A stretch of DNA of 64,000 nt, taken from positions 62,001 to 126,000 of the forward strand of contig NIVC01002678.1 of assembly GCA_002269645.1 (NCBI GenBank). The letters are read 5' to 3'. The translations under genes were made by a program, and so were the position numbers. Source of the stretch: Macrostomum lignano. Taxonomy: Eukaryota. The notes below the pieces were generated by a model. That model was given only the letters and a program-made list of their open reading frames with translations. It did no database searches and was not told the origin of the DNA. Shown here in pieces: positions 1-10,413 of the stretch; position 1 is the stretch's first letter; each line of letters opens with the position of its first letter.

Positions 1-557
1 TCTATAGAGGCAGTTGGTATATGAGCGTAACTTGTGCTTGAAATAGATTAGTACTTTTATATTGAGCTCTAGGTTGCTTTTTTACTACGCGCGTACCGTA
101 GTGATTTGGCGGCGGCTAAAGAGAGCTGCGGCATGAAGACACAAATATAGCAGACCGAGAGATCGGCTAGAAAGAGAGCCAGCAACTCATCGTGTCGATT
201 TACTCAAGAGCAGGGCCTTTGAGTTCTTTTTTGGACCTAACAGAAGTCTAAAAGTGACCGGATTAAAAGCACCATGCCAACAGAAAAAAAGGGGCAACCC
301 AATAGGGTCAAGTGGTCAGGGGCTGTCGGACTGGTGCAGAAGTTCTCCTTAGCTGGTGGCGGCGTGTCTAGCCGGAGCGGGAAGTTGTTTCGTTCACGGG
401 GCTTGTTGCCGCTCGTCCAGTGAGCGCACGTAAGCTTCCTAAAGCCATTTGTATTTGCAGTCCGAGAGATTCTGCGACAAAATTTTTAATAACCCTGCAT
501 TATTTGAGGCTCTTTATTGTGTCCAAGTAGTAGGAAAATTGTACAGTCTGGCCCACG

Positions 558-620
558 TCGCTGATTGGCCAGCGAGGGGAAGCCAATCAGCGATAAGGAG
601 GCCCCGGAGGCGGGGCGGAG
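558..620. promoter_or_regulatory. Inverted pair of CCAAT boxes plus GC box
   Basis: 12-bp inverted repeat TCGCTGATTGGC (558-569) / GCCAATCAGCGA (582-593), each arm containing a CCAAT box, followed by GGGGCGGAG near 612-620. Function is inferred only. Confidence 0.3.
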
Positions 621-789
621 CAGGCCAGAGGAAGGGGTGGGGCAAGCCTGGGTGGGGTCGGGCAAGCCCAGTAGAGGGTTCGGGCAGGCCGGATTAGGGG
701 GTCGAGAGCAGGCCCAGGGGCAGGGTCGAGAAGGCCAAGGGTGGGATCGGGCAGGCCGGTCGAGCAGGTTGGATAAGGGTCACACAGCT

Positions 790-875
790 GAGTGTCCAAG
801 GGTGAGTTTCGAGATGTGAGGGAGTGTCCAAGGGTGAGTTTCGAGATGTGAGGGAGTGTCCATCGGTGAGTGTCC
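790..875. repeat. 32-bp tandem repeat, about 2.7 copies
   Basis: GAGTGTCCAAGGGTGAGTTTCGAGATGTGAGG starts at 790 and 822, with a partial copy at 854. Confidence 0.85.
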
Positions 876-1176
876 TTTACCGCGTGTGGTGACACGCAAG
901 ATAGAGTTTCAATGTGATCGTTCAACGGTTAGAGGGCCCGATTGCTTGGAATTTCCGAGTAGAGGGGAAGGAGAGTCTATTGGTCAAGCTAGAATTTGAA
1001 GTGATTTCCTCGGAATTACCGAGTATAATGTGGAGAAGGGATTCTATTGGTCGAGAGATACATGGTGCACGATTTGGTTTGGACCCCGTGGGAGAAGGGC
1101 TCCAGTACCCTTTATGAGCAAAGAACCTTGCGCTCGCTAAGCTTCATGTAATTTTTTAAAGTTATAAATATTTCTG

Positions 1177-1761
1177 ATGGCGTTCAAAGAGCTACTACAT
1201 GGTTATCGCATCAGCCTGGTGCCGGACATACGGAGCATCAGTATTCGAAAGTGGTTCAAGTCTGGCGAGGATCATCGGCCAGGTCTGCCCGGCATGGAGC
1301 TCACCATCCATCAATTCCGACACCTGGCCAGCTTGAAAGAGCGCTTGGAGGAGTTCGCTGACAGGAAACTCGATGCGCAATGCCTTCTGGGTGGCAACAG
1401 GCAAGTGGTGGTCAAAGATGGTGCATTCTCTATCTGGCGCCTTCCAACAGTGCTCGGGCCCGTGCTGCACTTGAGACACGCCCTGCCGCTACAAACTGAG
1501 CAATGGCGACAGCTGTGGCAACACAGACAATGGATATTGGAAGAACTCTCGATAGACCCACCAACCCGTGGTTACTCGGCAACTACACCTCGGAGCCCGA
1601 AGAGTGCGCGGACTGGGCGTCAAAACTCTCGAAAGTCTCGATGGACCAGCTGGCGATGTGGCCAGAGACACAGCCAGCAGAGTGGGATGACCATTGGGAG
1701 GCATGGCAGGCAGTTCAGACTGAGTTCCAAAGACGCAGCAGTGCAGCATGATATCCTATAA
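1177..1761 (+). CDS. Tandem PC4/Sub1-like (p15) ssDNA-binding domain protein
   Basis: SISIRKWFKSGEDHRPGLPGMELTIHQFRHL and LGGNRQVVVK...FSIWRL...LPLQTEQWRQLWQHRQWILEEL each resemble the PC4 core (LGKMRYVSV...IDIREYW...KPGRKGISLNPEQWSQL). The C-terminus after about 1560 may continue in the overlapping frame (ORF 1503-1751). Confidence 0.55.
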   Translation: MAFKELLHGYRISLVPDIRSISIRKWFKSGEDHRPGLPGMELTIHQFRHLASLKERLEEFADRKLDAQCLLGGNRQVVVKDGAFSIWRLPTVLGPVLHLRHALPLQTEQWRQLWQHRQWILEELSIDPPTRGYSATTPRSPKSARTGRQNSRKSRWTSWRCGQRHSQQSGMTIGRHGRQFRLSSKDAAVQHDIL

Positions 1762-2261
1762 TTCTAGCTTAGAGCACCAAGCAGACAAGAGCAAACAGCT
1801 AACTTCTTTTCGTTCTCGGAATCTCGGAATCTCAGCTGGACCAGAGCTACGCATTATGGCTATTTTTTACTATTTAAGAAGTTACTACTGCCTTATATTC
1901 CAGATTTGTGTTATACTCTGCAACTACGAATTGCACCTTTGGTTGAAAAATTAAAAATGCAAATTCGCATACTTAACCAAAACTGGCGGAAAAATGGATG
2001 CAAATACCCTCGAAAAGCCCGAAAAACGAGGCAGCCTGGCGCCTTACCTCTAGTGGGGCATCCTGGGAAGAGATGGGGTCGTCTCTAGTGGGTGTCTTTG
2101 TGAGGGGCGCCGTCTATAGTGGGTGTCCTGGGTGTTGTGAGTGGCTATTGTGTGCTAATATCCCTATTCTATTGACTCTACTAGTTTCATGGACTTCAGC
2201 GTACACGGCTAGCTCACACCGCTTCTATGTACATTAGTGTTCTTGCAAAAATCCTCGACGA

Positions 2262-3090
2262 TTGAGGCCGCCAGAGCCGACGGTTTTTGACAGCAATAGG
2301 GCGGACAACTGGAGAAGATGGATCAAATCGTTCGACGCTGAGCTGATCTCATGGACAGACAGACAGCTTGAAATTTCTGCAGGAGTAAGCTTTAGATGGA
2401 CACAAGTGTGGGCTGTAGAGCGGTACTTCAGTGGTGACCGCGAGATCCTGGACATGATTGAGAAGGCCACTGCAGCAGATCAGACAAGTCAGCGTCTATA
2501 GAGCGTTATACTAGCAGGCTGGCCAGAGCAAAGAGCGCGGTTGCCTCAATATTTGAAGGCCTTTTGGGACCGATCTGGCTCTTGTATCAGGACTGCTGTG
2601 CCTGAACCGCATCTACGTACCAGCTGGCAGTGCCAAAAGCTCCGTTCTCAGCATCCTGCACACTGGACACCCATGGTATCGTCAAGATGGACCTTAAAGC
2701 CAAAGACTACTTCTATTGGCCAGGAATGCTCAACTGCATTGAGCGGACTGTTGGCTGGTGCGAGGCCTGTCATCTGAATATGAAGGTTCAGTCGAAGGAG
2801 ACTCTGATGACCGTTGAAATGCCTGAGTTCCCGTTTCAAGTTTGTTCTACCGACCTGTTCGAGTACCGCGGTGCAACCTATCTGGCGTACGTGGACGCCT
2901 ACAGCCACTGGATGAGCGTCACCCGACTGCACTCAACGACCAGCACCGCCGTGGTGCAGGTGCTCCAAGACCATTTCTAGAACTTTGGTGTGCCCGAGAA
3001 GCTCATCAGTGATAACGTTTCGCAGTTCTCGGCCGGGGAATTCCGCCAGTTCATCAAAAGATTTCAAGTGGAGCACCGCACTTCGAGTCC
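2262..3090 (+). mobile_element. Degenerate, internally deleted Ty3/Gypsy fragment (gag N-terminus fused to RNaseH-integrase linker, then integrase)
   Basis: RPPEPTVFDSNRADNWRRWIKSF is gag N-terminus-like. Integrase shows KDYFYWPGM...CEAC, TDLFEY...VDAYSHW, PEKLISDN and HRTSSP. There are frameshifts and an in-frame TAG at 2978-2980. No LTR was found. Confidence 0.8.
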
Positions 3091-3374
3091 AATCGGCCGC
3101 AAACTGCGTTCGGCCGCAAACTCAGGTGTGATTTGCTTACAGCTGTGCAGGATCTGCAGTCTCGAGAGACCACACGGCCTGCGCCAGCATTGGTCACGCT
3201 TTTGAGAAGCAACGGACAGAAGCAGCTCAACTCTACAACTCGAATACGAATACGAATTGGTCGCGTAGTCGCTCACTTCCAGCAGAAAAATTACAGTATT
3301 CCACCATGAACCGTAGGCTCAGATTATAAGCTGATGCGTCTTCGTTGCCATCCTGCTTGAAGGCGTACCCGATG

Positions 3375-3547
3375 TGCGATAAGCGACTTGGTTAAGTAGG
3401 CGTAGCTCTTGTCTTCAGGCTTTTCTGGAAGCGTTACATCTGCATGCGAGCCTTCTTGCCTAATTGAGCAATTAGAGCATACGTTTTGATGTCATCATCC
3501 CACCTGTTAACTTTGGCTATAAACTCGAAGCGTTCGCTTGGAGCCAT
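3375..3547 (-). pseudogene. Gypsy gag N-terminal remnant
   Basis: Manual minus-strand translation gives MAPSERFEFIAKVNRWDDDIKTYALIAQLG and, after a frameshift, LPEKPEDKSYAYLTKSL, typical of gag starts in invertebrate Gypsy elements. Confidence 0.45.
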
Positions 3548-4004
3548 CACTTGATTTCAACGGCTGACCGAGTTTTCAGGGGCTCGATCTGACCAGTGCT
3601 CGTCACCTTGGCTTTCTGATCGTACCAGATTTACAAAACGAGACAGAGTCTTAAGCTCTGTTAGTAAAGTATTTACTTGCTTATCCACTGTTCGCGGTGG
3701 GCATCTGAGCTTTCTCTTTCTTTTATTTTATTTCTACGTGCGGGTTTCTTTTCAACAGCACTGGTTGTTTGCGCTACCGTACAGAAATAAAACAACAGAG
3801 AAAAATGCATGCGGCAATAAATATTAGGCACCGAACTGCTCACATGTAGCATGGATGGTTTAAGCAGCGGTGTTTCGGGACGCGACTCAATGCCTGGTAT
3901 TCTATTAGCGTGGCAGGCAGGCAGTGCATGCGCAGGTAGAAGGTGCGCCAGGATAAATCTGTAATATAAAGTATTCATAATGACGTTATTTCAACTCAAG
4001 AGTA

Positions 4005-4187
4005 TGTAGCGTTAGGTTACCGCTACAAGCTTACGAGTGTATGTGGCACTTCGAAGATAGCTAGCAAAAGCGGGAGGCTTTTTAGTATATTTTGTCATTG
4101 CGTTGGGGGCTATTTAGCGCTGGGGCGAACGAATAGTACAGAAGTGTCTATGGGTGAACTAAAGCGATTGGAATATAGAATAAGAAA
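4005..4187 (-). repeat. 3' LTR of Gypsy A, left piece (183 bp)
   Basis: Matches 45370-45552 with no difference seen by eye. Confidence 0.95.
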
Positions 4188-4800
4188 CTAGCAATAGTTG
4201 ACCCCCCTTCGGGGAGAGTATTTAGTACAGTTATTTATCGCAATTGATTAACTAATATTCATAATAATCTCTCTTATTCACCGTATCTATAATTCAATAT
4301 CTCAATAATTCAATATGAATATTCATAAATCAATTTTTATATTCATTCTTATTCATAGGTCTCATTCATTTAGTCATTAATATTTTATTACACTACAATA
4401 CACCACAGAAAGAAAGAACTCAAGCTATCTCCATTACAGAATAGAGGATCGAAAAGTAAGAAGGAGAATGTTGGCTATAGACAATTATAGCAATTTTAGC
4501 CCCCTCCGGGGAGATGCTCAGGTTCAGAGCAATGAATTGATTATATTATTTATTTGAAAACAATAGTTATTTTTTTTGTATTATTCTCTTATTTTTTACT
4601 GAATCAGATGCATACAGCGTTTATTGTATTATTTTTTTTAGTATCAACAATCAATCAGAATTATTATCAGAATAACATTGCTGCTTCTGCAACACCCAAC
4701 CCCGGAGATTGACAGTGTGCACTTTATTGTTATTAAACTTAGCAGCTGCAACACCCAACACCAGAGATTGACTGTGTTGCTTTATCAATGACAATTCTTT

Positions 4801-5340
4801 TTAATCGTCCTCATTGATAGTAGAATGCGACGGTCCAGCGATTGGAATAGACTCCATTTGGCCCAGTGACACGTCGCCTCCGCGTTTGTCTCGCGAAAAA
4901 ATAATTTCGTCTCCGCAGCGTACTTGCATTATTTGTACATTGCGGAATGATGCGAACATTTCAGGAGAGCACTGGAACACAAATGTGTCCCTCCGAACTT
5001 CCTGGTTATCAGGCGGTCTCGCAGTCGATTGGGTCTTTTGGACTGGCTCAAAGATTTGCTGACTCGACTGAGCCCTTTCAAACCACTCCGTCAAGTCAGA
5101 GTCATTGGCAGGATATTGGCGAACATTGGCCCTGGTACAATTTAGCGAAATATCATTGCCATATTCTTGCACTTGGGCTCCTTGAACCTCTAGGGTGTCG
5201 CCCACAGTCCAGTGATTCACCAGACTTGCACTGTCGGCCCAGAATGTGCAGGAGACAGACGATGCCGAGTCATCGACCAGTGTCACCTTGGCCAAGTTAG
5301 TGGTAGTTCCTCGTTTTGTTTGGATTTCCCTTTGCGCCAT
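4801..5340 (-). CDS. RPA70-like OB-fold ssDNA-binding protein (Helitron-encoded)
   Basis: In-frame upstream KVDIRGVISST, then KVTLVDDSASSVSCTFW...LEVQGAQVQEYGNDISLN, resembling RPA70 DBD-B. Confidence 0.7.
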   Translation of the reverse strand: MAQREIQTKRGTTTNLAKVTLVDDSASSVSCTFWADSASLVNHWTVGDTLEVQGAQVQEYGNDISLNCTRANVRQYPANDSDLTEWFERAQSSQQIFEPVQKTQSTARPPDNQEVRRDTFVFQCSPEMFASFRNVQIMQVRCGDEIIFSRDKRGGDVSLGQMESIPIAGPSHSTINEDD

Positions 5341-5465
5341 AGTACTGGAAATGACGCCTCGAATGTCAACCTTCCTACATGACCATTGAAGAATTTTGCC
5401 ATTAATTGTTAATCACATCCAAAACGAATGTTGCTTAGAATGAATGGTACGAGTACGACTTTAAC

Positions 5466-7392
5466 TTACTTTCTCAGTGTAAAGGTTGAGAGAACGCCAA
5501 TTTTTATGTACTGGGCTTTGCGCTGCTGGACAATTTCGTTGCTAGCAACAAGGACTCCATCTTTATCCACTGACAGAGTCATTTCGAGCTCGTTGTCGGT
5601 TGAGTTGTACATAGAATTTGAGGCTTTCAACCAACCACCAGATACGCGCACGGCCGTAGCGTTTTTTGCCAGGTCGATGCCCACGGTGTCGAGCGACTGG
5701 CCCTGTGACTTGTGGATCGTCAGGCAAAAGCTCGGCTTAACTGGGAACTGCAGCCGCTTGAAGCAGACTGGCAGGTCAGCATTGTTAGGCTGCAGCGGAA
5801 TCCTCGGCAGTAAGATTTCATCACCCGAGAACTGGCCGGCAGCGACCTTGCAGCGCAGCACGTTCTCGCCCAGCTCCAGGATGATCAGCCGGGTGCCGTT
5901 GCACAGCCTTGGCGGATTCAGATTCCGCAGCAGAACCAGCGGCATGCCCACCTTGAGCTTAAGCAGGTGAGTAGGAAAGTTCGGAGCATCCAGCTGGTTC
6001 AGCAGCTCCGGAGGAAAGTGCGTGGCCGCTTCCTCGTCAGCCACGCTGTCCACTGAGCGATACTCTCGCAGTTGGCCTGGGAACATTGCCAGGCACTCGC
6101 TGTTGATCGCGTCAACCGCATCGTTGTAGGGCGCCAGGATTGCCCGGCTTGAAAAGTAGCCGTCACGCTCCGCTGACGCCTCGAACGAAGGGTACACGAA
6201 CTGGATCAGCGCGGAGAGCGGCGCCTCTGCCGGAATGACGATCTCGGCAGGAAGGCGGACTGTGTCATCCGACTGATCAGCCGGCCCTGAGCCGATCTGT
6301 GCGGGATGTGCAGAAAATGCATGAGAATCTCATGTTGCCACGCTCATATAAGCAGCAAGAGAAATATTCACCTGCATGAGCAGTTGCATATAGCGATTGT
6401 ACAGCTCAGCATCAGCACAGCGTTGCAGCCGGATGTTCTTAGAAAGTCTGTGCCTGTGGAATAAAGGCCACAGATTAGATTTGCTTACACAAGCTAAAAT
6501 GTTGTTTGCCCTGGTGCCATTCTGCACCACCGGCAGCAGCTGGCGAAAGTCTCCAGCGCAGACCAAAACGATGCCGCCGAATGGACGGTCTTGCTTCCGT
6601 AGGTCTCGGAGACTGCGGTCGACAGCCTCCAGATCCTTCCGATTCGTCATGGAGATTTCATCCCAGACTATAAGCCGCACGGTGCGAAACACTGCGGCCT
6701 GTCTTGATTGGGCTCGGACAGAACACACGTCCTTGTCGGTGCGAACCAGCCGCACTGGGATCTTGAATGTCGAATGCGCCGTCTGTCCACCCGGCAGCAG
6801 GGTGGCTGCGATGCCAGACGACGCAACGGCGAGTGCGACTTCCCCTCGACTACGCACAAGCGCCAGCAGAACCTCAAGCAAGAAGGTCTTGCCGGTGCCT
6901 GCGGGAGCGTCAAGGAAATGCAGCCCACCTGAGCCATTGTAAATATCCTCAGTCACGGCCTCATAGATGACCCGCTGCTCAGCCGTCAGCATTGGCAGCC
7001 GCGTCTCTGTGATCTCCGCCTGCTCGACCGTGTCGAACTGCTGCGGCCCGACTTGCGGCATAGCGGAGGCAGCAGGAAGTCCGTACTCTGGCAGACTGTT
7101 GCCGCCCATTGACGTCAGCATGCTCTGCAGCTCTCGCAGAGCCAAGTCGCTGACTTCCTCGGCGCTCAGGTCCGGGTTGTGGAATCGCAGGTCTTCGCAG
7201 AGATCCTCTGCAAAGCTGCTCCACAGGTTGGCGCCATCGTCTGGCTCTCCCCAGATGAGGACGACAGCCAGCAGGTGCCTCAGAGCTCGCGGCATTCGGG
7301 CAGTGGTGCCAGTGGTCATCGCGTTGCAGCAGGCCGAGAGCCATGCAGGCAGCCTTGGCGCTGACGAAATGAACACCGGCCACGGTCTGCAA
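5466..7392 (-). pseudogene. Helitron PIF1-like SF1B helicase, two exons (intron 6297-6371), motif VI damaged
   Basis: FLDAPAGTGKTFLL (Walker A), LIVWDEISM (Walker B), GDFRQLLPVV, AILAPYN, RNLNPPRLCNGTRL and TIHKSQGQSL. A GT-AG intron joins LLMQ to IGSG in frame. The expected FSHGQLYVALSR is reduced to TAVRVS. Confidence 0.92.
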
Positions 7393-7399
7393 CGACTCG

Positions 7400-7909
7400 A
7401 CAGGCTAACTCGTGCCGAAGGGTAGCGGCATCGGTTTCATGCGGTGTGCCACGTAGCTGGTCGCACACGGCATGAAAAAAGCAGTTGCCATCGCCAATGG
7501 TGGTATTGACCTGCAACTGACTAAAGGGCACAATAGATTCGACACAAGGTAACCTGGTGACAGATTCACCGCGCCGACAATCAGCCTGTCTCTGCCGCTG
7601 CTCTTCCAGACGGGTAATCCGCTCAGCCTCGTCCTCAGCAGCGCGAAACTCAGCCTGTCTCTGCCGCTGCTCTTCCAGACGGGCAATCCGCTCAGCCTCG
7701 TCTTCAGCAACGCGACACTCAGCCTGTCTCTGCCGCTGTTCCTCCAGACGGGCAATCCGCTCAGCCTCGTCTTCAGCAACGCGACATTCAGCCTGTCTCT
7801 GCCGCTGCTCTTCCAGACGGGCATCGCGCTCTCCAGCAGACTCGGCCAGTCGTCTTTTCTTTGCGTCACGGCTTCTCTTCAAATGGCTTGCGCCACGGCG
7901 CACCATCAT
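7400..7909 (-). pseudogene. Helitron N-terminal coiled-coil repeats plus truncated OTU protease
   Basis: About four 23-aa (69-bp) repeats AEDEAERIARLEEQRQRQAECRV, then TIGDGNCFFHAVCDQL (OTU catalytic Cys motif), then a jump into the pre-helicase linker (ACMALGLLQRDDHW). Confidence 0.8.
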
Positions 7910-8990
7910 ACAGTGGGGCTAAATAGATAAAGCACTATTAGAGGGTTCAAAAACCAAAGAAAAGAAAGAAGGAAAGGAAGCAGTGGGCTACATAAAAACC
8001 AAGCAGCCTACAGCTATTAGCATTATAATCTATGGCCAAAACCGTTTGCAAGCTCTCACTGCCGAAAAAATACATTAGCGAGATGGGCAAAAACCTGTTT
8101 TCTGACAATTGAGAGGCCTCTTTAATTTGGATAGCTTATTAAAAATACGTGTACCGATTCCGGACAATTTGCCATCTAATGGTGCAAAAACGGAGAAAAT
8201 CGGTCATTCCGTTCGCAAGATTTTCTGTTACAAGCAAACAAACAAACAAACAAACTCAACTTTAGTATATATATTAGTATATAAGACTAGCAATAGTTGA
8301 CCCCCCTTCGGGAGAGTATTTAGTACAGTTATTTATCGCAATTGATTAACTAATATTCATAATAATCTCTCTTATTCACCGTATCTATAATTCAATATGA
8401 ATATTCATAAATCAATTTTTATATTCATTCTTATTCATAGGTCTCATTCATTTAGTCATTAATATTTTATTACACTACAATACACCACAGAAAGAAAGAA
8501 CTCAAGCTATCTCCATTACAGAATAGAGGATCGAAAAGTAAGAAGGAGAATGTTGGCTATAGACAATTATAGCAATTTTAGCCCCCCTCCGGGGAGATGC
8601 TCAGGTTCAGAGCAATGAATTGATTATATTATTTATTTGAAAACAATAGTTATTTTTTCTTGTATTATTCTCTTATTTTTTACTGAATCAGATGCATACA
8701 GCGTTTATTGTATTATTTTTTTAGTATCAACAATCAATCAGAATTATTATCAGAATAACATTGCTGCTTCTGCAACACCCAACCCCGGAGATTGACAGTG
8801 TGCACTTTATTGTTATTAAACTTAGCAGCTGCAACACCCAACACCAGAGATTGACTGTGTTGCTTTATCAATGACAATTCTTTTTAATCGTCCTCATTGA
8901 TAGTAGAATGCGACGGTCCAGCGATTGGAGTAGACTCCATTTGGCCCAGTGACACGTCGCCTCCGCGTTTGTCTCGCGAAAAAATAAAAT

Positions 8991-9516
8991 GACAGACTTG
9001 ACGGTGGCACAAACTTCAACGTTCAAGTGGCATGCGAACTGGAGCAGCAGGTCAGGGTTGTATGACACAACCCACCTAGAGAAAGAAGAAGAAGAAGAAG
9101 ATAGGAAAGATAGGAAGATAGGATTTAACTGTATAGTACAGAAATGCTATGGCTAAGCATCTGCAGACTCACCTGTTGTCCATTCGGATGCTGCGGCCCT
9201 TGAACAGTTTGTCCACCGTGAAGCCTCCCATCTCGGGAGAGCGCCTCCTGTAGAACGGGTACCCGGTGTCGCTGGTCAGCGTCTCCGGCTGAAAGTCCTT
9301 CGGGAAGGCCTTGCTGCACTTGCCGTTCTCCATGCAAGGGCAGGCCGGGTTCAGCTCGCCACACGGTCCGTGGATCATGTGGATCTTGACCAGCTCGTAC
9401 AGCACTGGCTGCCGCTGTGGGTCTGGGATCTCCGCAGACACGATGGCATCGTAGCGATCCGGAGTGACTCGACTTCCGTTTGCCAGCCACAGCAGAAAGT
9501 GCACATGGGGAAGGCC
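8991..9516 (-). pseudogene. Helitron HUH Rep fragment (intron 9076-9172)
   Basis: GLPHVHFLLW (HUH), SAEIPD, HMIHGPCG, CSKAFPK, GYPFYRRR and DNR|WVVSYNPDLLLQFACHLNVEVCATVKSV. It ends just before the catalytic YxxKY motif. Confidence 0.9.
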
Positions 9517-9529
9517 TGTGTTGAATGTT

Positions 9530-10036
9530 TTATAAATAAGTAATGTCTATAGCGGCATCGGTTTCATGCGGTGTGCCACGTAGCTGGTCGCACACGGCAT
9601 GAAAAAAGCAGTTGCCATCGCCAATGGTGGTATTGACCTGCAACTGACTAAAGGGCACAATAGATTCGACACAAGGTAACCTGGTGACAGATTCACCGCG
9701 CCGACAATCAGCCTGTCTCTGCCGCTGCTCTTCCAGACGGGTAATCCGCTCAGCCTCGTCCTCAGCAGCGCGAAACTCAGCCTGTCTCTGCCGCTGCTCT
9801 TCCAGACGGGCAATCCGCTCAGCCTCGTCTTCAGCAACGCGACACTCAGCCTGTCTCTGCCGCTGTTCCTCCAGACGGGCAATCCGCTCAGCCTCGTCTT
9901 CAGCAACGCGACATTCAGCCTGTCTCTGCCGCTGCTCTTCCAGACGGGCATCGCGCTCTCCAGCAGACTCGGCCAGTCGTCTTTTCTTTGCGTCACGGAT
10001 TCTCTTCAAATGGCTTGCGCCACGGCGCACCATCAT
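9530..10036 (-). pseudogene. Coiled-coil repeats plus truncated OTU (copy 2)
   Basis: Near-identical to 7430-7909 and diverges after ETDAA. Confidence 0.8.
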
Positions 10037-10413
10037 ACAGTGGGGCTAAATAGATAAAGCACTATTAGAGGGTTCAAAAACCAAAGAAAAGAAAGAAGGA
10101 AAGGAAGCAGTGGGCTACATAAAAACCAAGCAGCCTACAGCTATTAGCATTATAATCTATGGCCAAAACCGTTTGCAAGCTCTCACTGCCGAAAAAATAC
10201 ATTAGCGAGATGGGCAAAAACCTGTTTTCTGACAATTGAGAGGCCTCTTTAATTTGGATAGCTTATTAAAAATACGTGTACCGATTCCGGACAATTTGCC
10301 ATCTAATGGTGCAAAAACGGAGAAAATCGGTCATTCCGTTCGCAAGATTTTCTGTTACAAGCAAACAAACAAACAAACAAACTCAACTTTAGTATATATA
10401 TTAGTATATAAGA

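Larger units (their letters stand above)
4188..8286 (-). mobile_element. Helitron family A, unit 1 (Rep deleted; helicase and RPA-like retained)
   Basis: 5' TCTTATATACTAATATATATACTAAAG followed by (TTTG)n. 3' CCCC-GAA-GGGG hairpin (4202-4217) then CTAG. Confidence 0.92.
8287..10413 (-). mobile_element. Helitron family A deletion derivative, unit 2 (2127 bp)
   Basis: Same termini as unit 1. Interior is coiled-coil/OTU plus a Rep fragment, with no helicase. Confidence 0.92.

Noticed and set aside
4076-4092. TTTTTAGTATAT inside the LTR resembling the Helitron 5' motif as a targeting signal
   Set aside because: It lies about 100 bp from the insertion point and is a short AT-rich match likely by chance.
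5428-7425. Plus-strand ORFs antisense to the helicase, and similar antisense ORFs over both pol genes and the MACPF gene
   Set aside because: These are shadow ORFs of GC-rich coding sequence with no recognisable motifs.
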